From assembly GCA_973895155.1 (NCBI GenBank), contig OZ316892.1, forward strand, positions 26,559,233-26,623,232: 64,000 nucleotides of DNA, read 5' to 3'. This document shows positions 48,140-60,178 of the stretch, in pieces. The DNA is from Marsupella aquatica. Its lineage: Eukaryota; Plantae; Marchantiophyta. Position 1 is the first letter of the stretch, and every line of letters starts with the position of its first letter. A model generated the notes under the pieces. The model saw nothing but the letters and a program-made list of their open reading frames with translations. It did not search any database and was not told the DNA's origin. A program made the translations under genes and the position numbers.

Positions 48140-51100
48140 AATCTGAAAGGTGGATATATAGCATCTTCAAAAAGAGTACAATATACACATACTTTTTACA
48201 GAAAAAGGCCAAATAGAGTACAAAAGAATAAACAAGAGAGGTCCCAAGTGGACAAAACCAAACGCAAAAGAAGTGAGCAAAAGGAAACCCTAAAAACCAA
48301 GAAAGAGGAACTAAAAGAAGTGAGCAAAAGGAAACCCCTAAAAACCAAGAAAGAGGAACTAAAACTACCGCAAATGGAGCCGAGGTCCTCATCATTCCTA
48401 GCAAATGTGGCAAAAAGCTAGTGGTCTACATCAAGAGTCGAAACTAAATCGGCAAGTGGGACAGGAATGTCCTCTAGGGGGGCTAGCCGCTGCGGAGTCA
48501 CACTAGCACCCACTGTCAGAGATCGACGATAGATGGCCGGAGCTTGAGCACGCTATAAGGTGACTGAAATGCGTTGGCGAAAGTGCATGGTCAAAACAGA
48601 TAGCGGGGGTCCGGTGGGACCCATCCGACCGTGAACATCCCGAGCAGCTTGGCAAAGAAGCCCGTCGAACTGATGATGGAGACGCCCAAATATCTCAAGA
48701 GCAAGGGGCAGGAAGCTATCAGATGAAGCTCGTGCAGCATATTTGGCCTCCTTCGTTGTTGTTGCTCGTGATGTTGCTGCCCCTGCCGTTGTTGCCGCTG
48801 TCCCAATGATGTCTTGGCGCAATGGGTTTGCCACCACTACATCTGCCAAAGTACGGTGACCGTCACGGACCATGGTAAGATCCACCCGTAACCGCTGTGA
48901 TGGAGGACCAGGTAACTCGAGCACCACCTCCCGCCGCGTGCAGACCAAAGAGCCAGAGAGAACCTGAGCAATCGCATCTCTCACAACATTGTGAACAAAA
49001 TGGTTTCGCCGCCCAAACTGCACCGAAGAAGATGGACACCTGTGGCATCACAAGGCTTCCCACAAGTGCAAGTAGGAGGTAAACCAGCAAGAAGTGGGTG
49101 GGGCAAGCCCATACGAAGACGCATGGCTGTCGCAAACTCCGCTGAAGACATCCGCACGTGAGGAATGACTGGATTGGCCTGAAGCCAGCCTCCTGCGCCC
49201 TTCCCTCCGGAAGAAAGAATCCAAGCTCGGTCCGTGTCAGGTGCCTCGGTGAGGATGCTGGAGAGGGTGAAAGCGTGCATACGCCCAACAAGGTCTGCCT
49301 GAAGACGGACGGGGTCCAAGGATACAAACTCCTAAAATGAAGGTAACGCAGCTCGAACAGGATTGGGTAATGATGACCGCGCCGCGCGCAAATGAACCTG
49401 AAATGGGAGGGAACCCTCCTCGACCTCCATGAGAGACGAAAGTAAAAAAGGTCGATCCTCAGTAAGGAAACGATCTGCCAACAATGAGAAGGCGGCCGCC
49501 CACGCGCCCAAGAAGGCCAAAGGTGCAAGGCGCTCAATGGAAGTAAGCCCAAAACCACCGTGAGAAATAGGAAGACTGAGTTGTCGATGAAGCCACGGAG
49601 ATGAGAGCAAAGTACCTGGCCCTAAAAGAGAGGCCAAAGTCTCACGAATGGAGACATCAAACGCTCGGAGGTGTAGATAAAGATCCTCGGTAGGGGGATG
49701 TGTCCGAGCCAAATAGGACGCGCGAGGATGGATGCATCTCAACAACAACCCAAATGCTGCCTGAGAGTCTGCTAACTTAGGGAGCATAGGAGTAGGGGCT
49801 AAGGCAGCCTGTAGAGCGTCAGCAATGAAAGATGAGCAAAAGGAGGTGGTACCAACTGGGGAGCCAAGGACCCGAAGACCGTTGGCTGGACGTAAGAACC
49901 CAGGGGAAAGCGCAAGATCAGAGGGTAACCCAGTTGGACTCCATGCACGACTCTTCACCGGCTGAACCCGTAAACCGAGGCCCAACAAATGGGTGGAAAG
50001 GGTGGAGAGGGCAGAAGTAACCGCAACAGGTGGACCAATGATGTGGGTGTCATCTGAAAGGGAGGGGAAGATACACTGGGGGTGGGCCGCGGAGGCTTCC
50101 CGTAAAGCAGTAAAATGGGCAATGGCAAAAAGAGGCCCACCCAAAGGGTCACCTTGACGTGTACCTTCTACAGAAGAAAGAGTGGTATACACTCCTGAAG
50201 AGGTGTGATGACTATAGAAGAGGGGGGCCTCGAGCCCATAAAAACAACGGACAAAGGGGATAAGGGACTGGATGTCTGGATCCGCTGCCCTCAAAGCACG
50301 AAAAATTGCTGCCCGAGAAACCGTATTGAAAGCATTGGAGACATCAACCTGGAGGACAACCCAATCAAGGTGGAGGTCCAAGGTAGTACGAATACCTGCA
50401 ATAATTGTCTCACAACCGCCAGGAATGCCCACTGCAAACTGATGTGGAGAGAGATGATCCGATAGTGCAGAACGATACTGCGATGAAAGTGTGCGAGACA
50501 CCAGACGAAGAAAAACCTCTCCAATAGCTATGGGCCAAACACCCGGTGAAGACTTAGCCATGGCCAATAAACGAGAAGCACTCAAAAGCTGAGAGACGGG
50601 AGGAGGCAAACGGCCGGCAGCAATACACTGGCAAAAGGAGAAGAAAACTGGAAAACCAGACTGAGGATCCTCAGGGGGGAATAAATCACAAAAATGCTCA
50701 AAGACATAGCCAGAGGGGCCACCAGCCACGCAACGCGGGGCATGGAGGAAGGCATAGGTGAAGTGGTCCCTACTAAACTGAAGATCCTCCTCAGGCTCAA
50801 AATCCTCCACGAACAAAAGGAGCTGATCATAGGGCTGCGGATGGAGATCCTGAAGGGCCGTCAAGGTGACCTCGCCAGGGGGGCTGGTGTGGTGGGAGAA
50901 AGGGCCTGGACCGCACGATGATATTCACCAGCCTGGGCTAAACGACAAGAGCGACGAAGGCGTCTATGCTCTGGAGGATAAGAGTGGCGAGTTGGGTCAG
51001 ACAAAGCACGGGTAGTAAAGGAACGGGCTCGAAGAAAGTACTCTTCCTGAAGCTGTTCCCAATCTCCCCGCAGAAAATGATGGATACGAGAGGCAGTCTC

Positions 51101-52820
51101 ACGGTGACCCACGCGACCACCGTGACTAGGGAGGGTAAGAGTCCACTGTGGAAAAAACATGAGTAAAGACCAATAGGAGACCTCGATAGGATGCGCCAAG
51201 ATAAGTTGCATGAGTTGCAACAAAGATGACCGAACTAATGGGCGCAACGCTAGTGAGATGTGGTTATAAAGGCGAGGTCTAATGTACCCTAGATGGTAGG
51301 CTGGAAGGGGGTCTAGAGAGTGAACCCAACTCCATGCCTGCTCGGAAGCCTCCAAGGAAGGAGGGGCAGAGCTAATTGGGTCAAGAGGGGGCTGGGGCTG
51401 GGATTGTGCTTGCTGGCGACGTTGGCACCGGCCCCGCCTGCGGTGATGAGGAAGGGAGAGGCCAACCCAGCCACACTCAGGACAAGTATGCAGGGGACGC
51501 TCGTCTGGGGAGGGAGCAGGGAATGACTGGACAGGAGGTGGGGGGGGGAACCGACGTGGATGAAGAGGCTGGAGGGGGATGCTGGAGGGGTGGAGGGGGT
51601 ATGGGGTGGGGAGAGGAGCCAGGGCGTTGATGGGGTGGGCAGTAGACTGGGGGGACTCGCAGAGCATCGGGCATGGGGTTATCACGAAGATGAGAGAGAT
51701 CCAATGAAGAAGAGAAAACACGAAGGCGACCACGAGGCGGGGGGGAGGAGGAGGGAGAACTGTGTGGGGGGGCTGGCCGCTTGCCCCGCGCCAACACTCT
51801 CAACGTAGACATGACAGGTCGCAACCCGATAAAAGCAAAAGCGCATCAAGAAGCGACAAAAGGCCCAACCAAGACATGTGAAAAGAAAGGGAAGGCTATG
51901 GAGAGAGCCCACCACGTCAAAATCCGAGAAACGGCGCCACCGCTAGCCTAGAAAACCGTTGAGCACGTGCAGGCACAACTGGGAACAAAGCTGGAGCACT
52001 CGTCGATGTGTCCGCTGAGGAGTCGGTGCGAGTGAATACCTGTCCGCTGATTTGAGCGTGCTACTACAACTCCCGAAGATGGTGGAATGCAAACTGGTCC
52101 ACTAAACTTGGCAAAAGCCACCTTGTCAGAACTGAAGAAGAAAGGCAACCACCAATCGGAGGAGAAACGTGGCAATACAGGAATGCGCCAAAGCTGATCA
52201 AGGGAAACCGTCACCAAAAATGGAGGACTAAATCAAAATCGTAATCGGAGCCGGAAGTGGTTGATATGTCACCAAAAGGACCGCGGTAGGGATAGATGTT
52301 GCACTCCCGGACAAGAGCTGGCCAAATCACATGAGAATGCCGGATTCCGTGAACGAGGAATTGCTATAGGACCCCAAAGCTAATTGAAAGTGAGTACGGT
52401 GGAAGTTGAAGAAAAAACGTGAGAGCCAATCAAAGTCCAATCGGGGCAATATGAGACCAATTGGATCGCTCTTGGGATCAATCTGATTCTCCCGGAGGAG
52501 AGCTATACAAAGCACTTGAGAAATCTGAAATCCGTGAAAGATTGGCCAAGATATGACCGTCGAAAGGAAGACAAAAATCGCAGAAAAATGACTGAAAAAC
52601 GGTGAAAACAAATGTGACCATAAGTATGTCGATACGACATCGTTTTGGATGTGTTTTATATCGATTTGATGCGCCTCGGCAAGAGCAAGCTAATGCAACT
52701 GAGAAAACTGGATTCCGAGAAAAACTGAGTGCAGGAGGGTAATCAAAGTGACGCGAAAACTGTACTACAGTCTGAACTCCATAGCTAGGAGCCACGTTCC
52801 TAAGTATCAAGAGCGTGTTC
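48140..52820 (-). mobile_element. CRE-clade (RLE-type) non-LTR retrotransposon, decayed; boundaries approximate
   Basis: A single long reading frame encoding zinc finger, RT, a CCHC-like motif and a restriction-like endonuclease, with a T-rich 3' UTR. No TSD identified. Confidence 0.8.
48418..51812 (-). pseudogene. Disrupted ~1130-aa retrotransposon ORF (about 3 frameshifts, 2 premature TAG)
   Basis: HTCPECG...H zinc finger; RT motifs PIAIGE, QFAVG, LQVDVSNAFN, GTRQGDPLGG, SLSDDTHI, LRVLGSP, LPISHGGFGL; CTCG...HLLRC, HNVVRD, RVD...LADV...KEAKY...FLPLALEIFG. Frameshifts at ~51545 (G run), ~50880 (G6) and ~49000; stops at 49332 and 48553. Confidence 0.88.
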
Positions 52821-53002
52821 ATCTTAGAACATGTTACACTCTTTGTCTTCTAATGATGTGTAAATAACTATTGCAAAGTATTTGATAGGATTGAGTAGGA
52901 GAGGTACAGCACATTCCAAATACTTGATAGGATTGAGTAGGAGAAGAGCTCTAGGATAGGAAGATTAAAAAACATCTAGAGAGCCCAGAGAGGCATGACT
53001 TT

Positions 53003-53050
53003 GTGGTATCTCAGTTGGGTAGAGACTGATAGGTCTTGGGTTCAACTATT
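53003..53050 (+). other. tRNA-like Pol III A/B-box remnant (SINE head or tRNA pseudogene)
   Basis: tatctcagttgggtagag (A-box-like) followed by aggtcttgggttcaact (B-box-like); the anticodon arm is missing. Confidence 0.3.
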
Positions 53051-53607
53051 GTGGCTGACTCTTCCCTTTCTACGAGGTTTCACAGATTTCCCTTAAAAAA
53101 AGTTTTTTAAAAAATAATTAAAAAAAACATTTAGAGGGGTGCCAGAATAACAACAAATATAAATCATCAAATAACACCTTGTGATGGCACATTGAAATAA
53201 AAATATATGCCAAAAAGTGGATTGGCCATATAGCATTGCCATGCAGGAGTGCCAAGTTGGAATTTAAGTATGCTCAAATCAACCATAGATAACTTAAGCC
53301 AACAAAAGTGGCAAATACCCCCTCCCAAGTCCCATGAGGACTTGCTCTGAAAACCATGTGGACTGAACAAGCCCACAAGATTGGAAGAAGCCAAGTTTTA
53401 GTAGGTCACTAAGGAGAAATGAAACTTGAAACCAAGGCATTCTCGGATGCAGTGAAATGGACTTCTTTGGCTACAATTCTGGCTTTTGAAAAATAGCATT
53501 TCAAACATTATTGCCCATGGACAACCTAAAATTCAGAGTAAGGTAGGCACACTTAAGCATGACTTCATCCTATGGGCCTCTCCAATTCTTTTGCCCTCAA
53601 ACATTCA

Positions 53608-53733
53608 TTGAATTACTAGGGCGTCTAAAACCTACTGTTCCCTGGCTTTTTGAATTACTAGGGCGTCTAAAAGCTGCTGTTCCCGGCTTTTTGAATTACT
53701 AGGGAGTCTACAAGCTGCTGTTCCCTGGCTTTT
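53608..53733. repeat. Tandem repeat, ~42 bp x3
   Basis: ttgaattactaggg.gtcta.aa.ct.ctgttccc(t)ggcttt. Confidence 0.88.
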
Positions 53734-53770
53734 CGGTCAGCCACTACTGGAAATTTCCATCTGCCACCCT

Positions 53771-54054
53771 GACCTAAACCCAACTTTTACACTAATTTTA
53801 TCCTGGGAGGCTTTTGATTTGAGACTGATCTAAACCCGACTTTCACACGAATTATATCCTGGGGGCTAGCTGTTGATTTGAGACTGACCTAAACCCAACT
53901 TTCACACGCATTTTATCCTGGGGGCTTTTGATTTGAGACTGACCCAAAACCCAACTTTCACACGAATTTTATCCTGGGGGCTAGCTTTTGATTGGAGACT
54001 GACCTAAACCCAACTTTCACACGCATTTTGTCCTGGGGGCTTTTGATTTGAGAC
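53771..54054. repeat. Tandem repeat, 55-60 bp x5, alternating short and long units
   Basis: gacctaaacccaactttcacacg.attttatcctgggggct(agct)tttgatttgagact at 53771, 53827, 53886, 53941 and 54001. Confidence 0.88.
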
Positions 54055-55012
54055 GGGTCATAGCACAAGCCTGCAGATTAGATCAAGTTCATCAAATGTT
54101 TGAATTCGGTCGTGTTTCTGAATGGGGCACCTAAACATTTGTGCCAACTGATTTTTGGTGCGGACACTGGTTTGATTCATTCTATTGGATTTCATTTTGC
54201 CGCCTCTTGGCAATCTCTCTGACTAAAAATACCTTCTCCTCGTGGAGGCATAGCTTAGGCAATGTGTCACTCATTTGACTAACTACATCAGGAAATAAAA
54301 TCGAACTCTACAGCAGAGATTGGGCATGAAAACTCGAACCGGGTGTTGCAGCCATTTGTTGGGGCCGCCATTAATCATATTTTTGTAGCTAAGTGGATTC
54401 CAAAATTTCGTGCTTTCTCTTCAGTTGGCTGCTGTCCAACTCTCCTAATCCCACTATGAATGTCTAAAGCAAAATTTCATCCAACGTTTTGATGCTCTTC
54501 TCCCTTTCATTCACATGAATTCTCAGTGTCTGTTGCTGTATTGTTTTTCCCTTCAACCCCGTTGAATTAGATATATCAATCGGTGCGATCACCTCAAATT
54601 ACATTCAATGTTAAGGATCAGAGCTTCAAGAAATCTCAAACCAAACCAGGGGTCTCAAGACACATGACAAGAACGGGAGTTGGGCAAGCTCTACATGGAT
54701 TACTGAGAATTGCATGAGTAAATTTTAGAGTCCACCGAACCCCAAAAGCAGGGGCAAGAGACAGATTACAATAGGCCAGGAGCACTTGCTGGAGAAACAT
54801 GAACAGCAAGAATACATCCGAGAGCATAAGTGCATGAGTGGCCTAGAAACTAATTACAGAGCTTTGCACTTGCTCTCTCTTAAGTAACAACCCGAGTAAA
54901 CCATCACTGAGAGAGCCTCAAGAAATCTTAGGCGAATTATGTTGTCACATAAGCATGATGCAAGCCAATTGAATGGATTGTTTCTAAAGGAAAATCAGCT
55001 CCTTTTCGACGC

Positions 55013-55990
55013 TTACCGCTGAAATTGGATGGAATAGGAACCGGTGTTGGGATCTTGCACCGTCTTGAAGTTATCAACACTCATCCCGAAGCGACCCAGA
55101 ATAGAATTTCCAGCCTCCTTCAGCTTGGACAACATCTCAGCCTTCAATTTTTCTCTCTTTTCCTCGGCCAGGGGAAGAAGAGTCCTAAGAGAGACTTTGG
55201 CTTGGATATTCCCCGGGTCAAGCTCGAGCACCTTATTCACATCTACTATTGCATCCTCAAAGAGCTCAAGCTTCTCCTTCGCCTGATATCTCCTCGTCAA
55301 CGCTTTGATATAGTTGGGATTCAATTCCAAAGCCTTTGTGCTTTCCTCCACAGCTTCCTGAAACATTTGCTTGTGGCTGAAACATGCAGCCCTGTTGGAA
55401 TAGAGAACTGCTCTGATCTCCTTCACGTCTGAATCCTCAGGGTCCTTCAGGGGGCAAGCGACCAATCCCTTTTGGTACGATGCCACCGCTTCTTCGTATT
55501 GACCTTGCCCAAAGAATGAATTGCCTTCTGCTTTTGCCTTTGTTGCTTCATCAATCCCTTGCTGCCGAATGTGCTTCTCTTGCTCTTCAGAGAGAGGTTG
55601 TTGCTTTTCAACTGCTACCTCTCCTCCTGCTTCTACTTCTCGCACCATCTTTTCATTCGGGACCTCCACTGCACCATCGCCGCTAGTACTCCGCTCTGCT
55701 GCACCACCGGCAATGCGCTCATCATCCTCTTTGAGACCTAAACGATCGAACTTTTCCGCCTCGCTGTCTGAAGAGCCGTACTCCTCTTCGCCGTCTGTGC
55801 CTCCTCTGCCTTCGCTGGCCGTTTCGAATCCATCCGCATCGTGCTCCTCTTCGCTAACATCATCGTCAGCTGCAGCAGCACCAGCAGCAGCACCAGCACC
55901 ACTACCACTCGGTATAGTCCCTGCTGTAGTCGAATCTATAGTATCTGGCACCTTCTTTACCTCCTCCTCAATCTCCTCCACTATCGCCAT
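55013..55990 (-). CDS. TTC1: Tetratricopeptide repeat protein 1 (TTC1-like), intronless CDS
   Basis: Acidic N-terminus, three TPRs (KAEGNSFF, LYSNRAAC, YIKALTRR) and the characteristic C-terminus KLKEAGNSILGRFGMSVDNFKTVQDPNTGSYSIQF. Confidence 0.92.
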   Translation of the reverse strand: MAIVEEIEEEVKKVPDTIDSTTAGTIPSGSGAGAAAGAAAADDDVSEEEHDADGFETASEGRGGTDGEEEYGSSDSEAEKFDRLGLKEDDERIAGGAAERSTSGDGAVEVPNEKMVREVEAGGEVAVEKQQPLSEEQEKHIRQQGIDEATKAKAEGNSFFGQGQYEEAVASYQKGLVACPLKDPEDSDVKEIRAVLYSNRAACFSHKQMFQEAVEESTKALELNPNYIKALTRRYQAKEKLELFEDAIVDVNKVLELDPGNIQAKVSLRTLLPLAEEKREKLKAEMLSKLKEAGNSILGRFGMSVDNFKTVQDPNTGSYSIQFQR

Positions 55991-58699
55991 TTTAATTTCA
56001 GAAGATCTTTCGTGCAGGACAGAAATACGTAACTCAAAGATAGGAGAGATTTGGGATTATAGGGCAAGAAATTGATATAACAAAGAGATCACAAATCTAA
56101 AATTCTCCGGTAGCAAAGCTGTACCTCAAGGAGAACAGAGAATCGGAATTCAGGGCAAAAATAATATTCCTGAAGTAGAAAAGAGAGATATAATTGTAGG
56201 GTAGGAATGTGTATCTCAAAGATGAGAGAAATAAGGCTTCAGGAGCATCAATCTTTACCTCAAAGATAAGAGAGATTGCGAATTTAGAGCAGGAGAATAG
56301 TTTTCCTCCAAGGCGACAGACTTAGGGTTCTAGGCTGTAATTTATAACTAAGGATAACGCGAAAAACGATTCTAATCCAGGAAGTGTCAAGTCTGAAGGG
56401 TAGAGGAATTTGCGATTGCAGTGAAAGAATATGCCTGTGGAAGATAGAGCGATCTGTCGCATTCTAGGGCTAAATTGTACCCAGTGCCTTAAAGAGAGAG
56501 CGAGAGAGATGCCTCACACAAAACGCAACGAGGTTAGGGGTTCCCCTCAGTCTGCTCTCTCCGAATCTGGTCGGAGGAAAGGAATCGAGCTGAAGGCCTT
56601 TGAAAAGCAAAGACTGCTGAGAATTGACAAGAAGCTCTCCGGGAATGAATCTAGGGCAGAGAAATAGACCTCAAAAACCACACAGGCTTGGTGTGGACGA
56701 ATTGACCTCCCTCTGTCTGCCCCTCTCCAACCCCAACCGGAAGAACCGATCTGAATCGAACCCGACAAGCACACTAGAAATCGAATCGCTATAGGCGTAG
56801 CATCATCATACACGTTCCTCAAAATCGGAGCTCCTCGGCAAAGGAATTGTCAAAATCAATCAAAGCAAGAGCAATTCGAGCCCAATCGCGAGTTTAAATC
56901 TTGCTCAACATCCTGCGAACAAGAAGCGACTAGACGAGATCTGAATGTAATGGTGGGTTATTGGGGACAACTCGTGCAATAGTAAAGCTTCGCTGCAGCT
57001 GCGGCTCGTGGCACTGTACTTCTTCCATGGACGATCTGTTCAGTGCTCCAGATCATGAAACCATTTCTCCAGAGGTTTCTTCGATAGAAGTGGATCGGGG
57101 GCAGGGGGCGTATCGACCCCCGTCTCTTGCAGTGTGCTAAGGGTTTCATGCGTGTGATCAGAGGAGGGGGGATACATCACCCTCACTCTGGGTAATGCAA
57201 TCTTCCATTGGAATTCTAATTACTTCATTCCTCAACCTGGCACACTAGATTAGAGTCATCTGTAGAATATTTAACCTACAAATCGCACAGTTGCTCAAGT
57301 GTGTCTTGATATTCCTGGACTCCTGGACATGTCCCACGGTTCCGTCCGGGAAGAGTAAGTCACTTGGGGTTAGAACAATTCTGCCTGAAATGCACCAGAG
57401 TGTCCTGGTTCCTTGGATTTGGCATAAAAAGGTGGTTTGATTCCATGGACCAACACAACTTTTGTTCTATTTGTTGGCATAACACAGATTTCATTGTCTA
57501 TTTGCACTTCAGCGCACAGCCCGTAACCATATTATTTATGCATGATCCTCCAATCATTTGTGTAATTCAAACACAAGCTTGTGTCTTTGAAGTGTGTGGA
57601 GCACTGTTTCCTCCGTCATACATTTGCTAGTGCAGTCTTCCCGAAAACATTGCGCTGTATTATAAAAGTGAGCCCTGGGGCACTCTATCGAATAGTGTGC
57701 CCACGGCATTTGTATTTAAGTTTTGATTTTTAGTTTTAATACTGCCTTGCACAGCCTTTGTCCAAAAATGGGCGCTGTTTTCATGTTTTATGCTCGCATG
57801 ATGCTTTGTTTAAAATGGACATTGGTTCAAATAATGGCGTGATATTTTTCATGAACTTTGTACCTTTTGTGCTCAATGTAAACAGATTAGGGTCAAAAGT
57901 CAAACAAAGTGTTCAACTCAAACATGATGCCAAGGGTTGTGTTAAATAGCACTTGTGTTCGAGTTCAAACACAACACCATGGCACAGTGTTTGGGGGGAA
58001 GATGGCAGGCACAGGGGTTTGCAAATGATAGATAAAATATTTAAAACCATGTTTTAGTGGCTTATTGTTCAAAATCAACAGTCAATGTCATACCATATAT
58101 AGTTGTAATGGACAAAATGTGATCATACAAATGAAGTAAAGTTTTTCCTACTAACTGAGTCTTCTCAACTTGCCACCTGCCCAAAATACAAAAAGAAGCA
58201 CCGGTGTAAACGTGTGAATGGAGGCAGGAGAATATTGCCCCCATATCTTGAAGTGTTGAGGTGGGTGGAGGGTTTCATTGTGTGACTCGAACTGGGAACA
58301 CATCCCCCCCCCCCCCATATTGCTAAACTTTCCAGTGCAAGGTATTTAAGTAGTGTAACTTAAAATGTAATGTCTTAGGTTTATTAGAACAACAGGGAGA
58401 AGAGGTTTGCTCCCCTCCATTTCGATGTGCTAGGGCTGTCTAGTTTGAAGGAGCTTGCCATCACTCACATTCCATTAGTTTGAAGGGCAAGGACGAAAAT
58501 CTGAAAGGCTTTTATCCCAAACAAGGGTGTTGTGGAAACTCAAAGAGGTTTATCCAACCTGTCCTGGTATGTATACCAGCTATGAATCTTCTTGAAGTTA
58601 GCTACCCCTCCCCTGGGTACTACGAACAGACTTGTGTTACTGCTAGAGGGGAGCCAAGTGAGGGTTGCAGACGAAAGGAGCACCCTTACACGTACTGGC

Positions 58700-58990
58700 T
58701 CCATGATTTTCATGGTCCTGAAACACATTAGTGATGTCTGCTTTTAACCATAATGTTCGCTAGGACCTTTCACGGTTCATGAACATGAGAAGGAGTATTG
58801 GCTCCATGAACATGAGAAGGGTCTTCATAGTTGTGAAACACATGAATTTTGTGTGCTTTGAACAATGATCGCTTTTCATGGTTCATGGACAGGAGAAGGG
58901 GGATTTTCATGATTATGAAACACGCATTAGTTTTGTATGTTTTGAACCTTAATGCTGGCTAGGACCTTTCGTGGTTTTAAGACAACATGG
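58700..58990. repeat. Degenerate local repeats (catgaacatgagaagg; gctaggaccttt; tgaaacac.cattag)
   Basis: The motifs recur 2-3 times. Confidence 0.5.
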
Positions 58991-60178
58991 TTGTAATACA
59001 GATATCAGTTTTGTGGTATTGAACATTGATGTTATTTAGGGCATCCTGATGACATCCAGGACACCCAACCTTTACCGGCCACAAAAGGGAAGGGGGAAAG
59101 GCAGCACTAACGTTCCTTATAGGAGGAATGGCAACCATTGATCTGAAAACATTCTGCAGTCTCATCTGCTCCCGTGTAGACATCCATCTGCGCTCTGGTC
59201 TTCGTCATTTTTCTGTGTAGATCTGGATCTAGATGGTTAACTAGTGAGATTTCAATCAGTTTGGCAACTACGCTTTTGAAGGTCAGTGACGTCCTCGTTG
59301 TCTCAAATTCCGGAAGCTGGTCAAGTCTGGGAGTTAGGAGCGATACTCATCATCCTACTTTCGGATATCTCATCAACGTGGAAGAGCTACTGACAAGCTC
59401 GTTTGTCCAGGTCTTCCAGATCACGCATTAGTAGGAGAAATCCGACCAAGAACTTCAAAAATAGCATTTGATCTGATTCCATCTAACGACAATACTAACC
59501 CCCGTTTCTGATCAAAATTCCAACTGAGACCTTTTGCAGATAAGAATCGAAGTTCACTATTTGCACGTACACCAGCGACGGACAGCGCTGGATCAAAGGT
59601 AAGAAACTTTTCAGTGGCGTCAAACCGAAGTCAACAAAACTATTGGAAACGACCGACCTGGAGTTCCATTCCAGGTGAGTAACTCACCTATCTGCCCTAT
59701 CTGCCCACGGTGTGGTCATGCTCAAACACAACTCTTTAAACCCTTTCCCGAGGGCCACGGGTTTTGTACACGTCATGTCAAAGTAAGCATCAAACTACAC
59801 AGTAAGCAATGTTATCTTTGATACAAGCTCAATGTCAACATTACATCAGAATTGTCCACTTGTGGACACCACTCGTCAAGTGGCAAAATTTAGTAAGACA
59901 GGTTAAACTTTACAGCTAGAAGGCCATGGAATTTGTCACTCACCTCCACGGAAAAAGACAATGCTACCAACAGCTCACATATCTCTCTCCCTCTCTCACC
60001 CTCTACTTCTCAAACAAACCTGCTGGGATGCTCTCCTCCTTTGTAAGCCAGTTTGAAAATGCAACATCAACGCTACAAAACATGTCAAAGAGAACGAAAG
60101 AATCTTTGCAAATACCTAGCACATTAATTCACGGAGCTAACTAGCATCACATGCCAAAATGAATGTGGTCACAAAGCT

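Noticed and set aside
47985-48413. 142-aa hydrophobic ORF downstream of the retrotransposon
   Set aside because: Translation of the T-rich 3' UTR, including its tandem duplication.
55025-56075. Long antisense ORFs over TTC1, and similar ones over ndhS, the UGTs and the KH gene
   Set aside because: Shadow frames of real coding sequence with no recognisable motifs.
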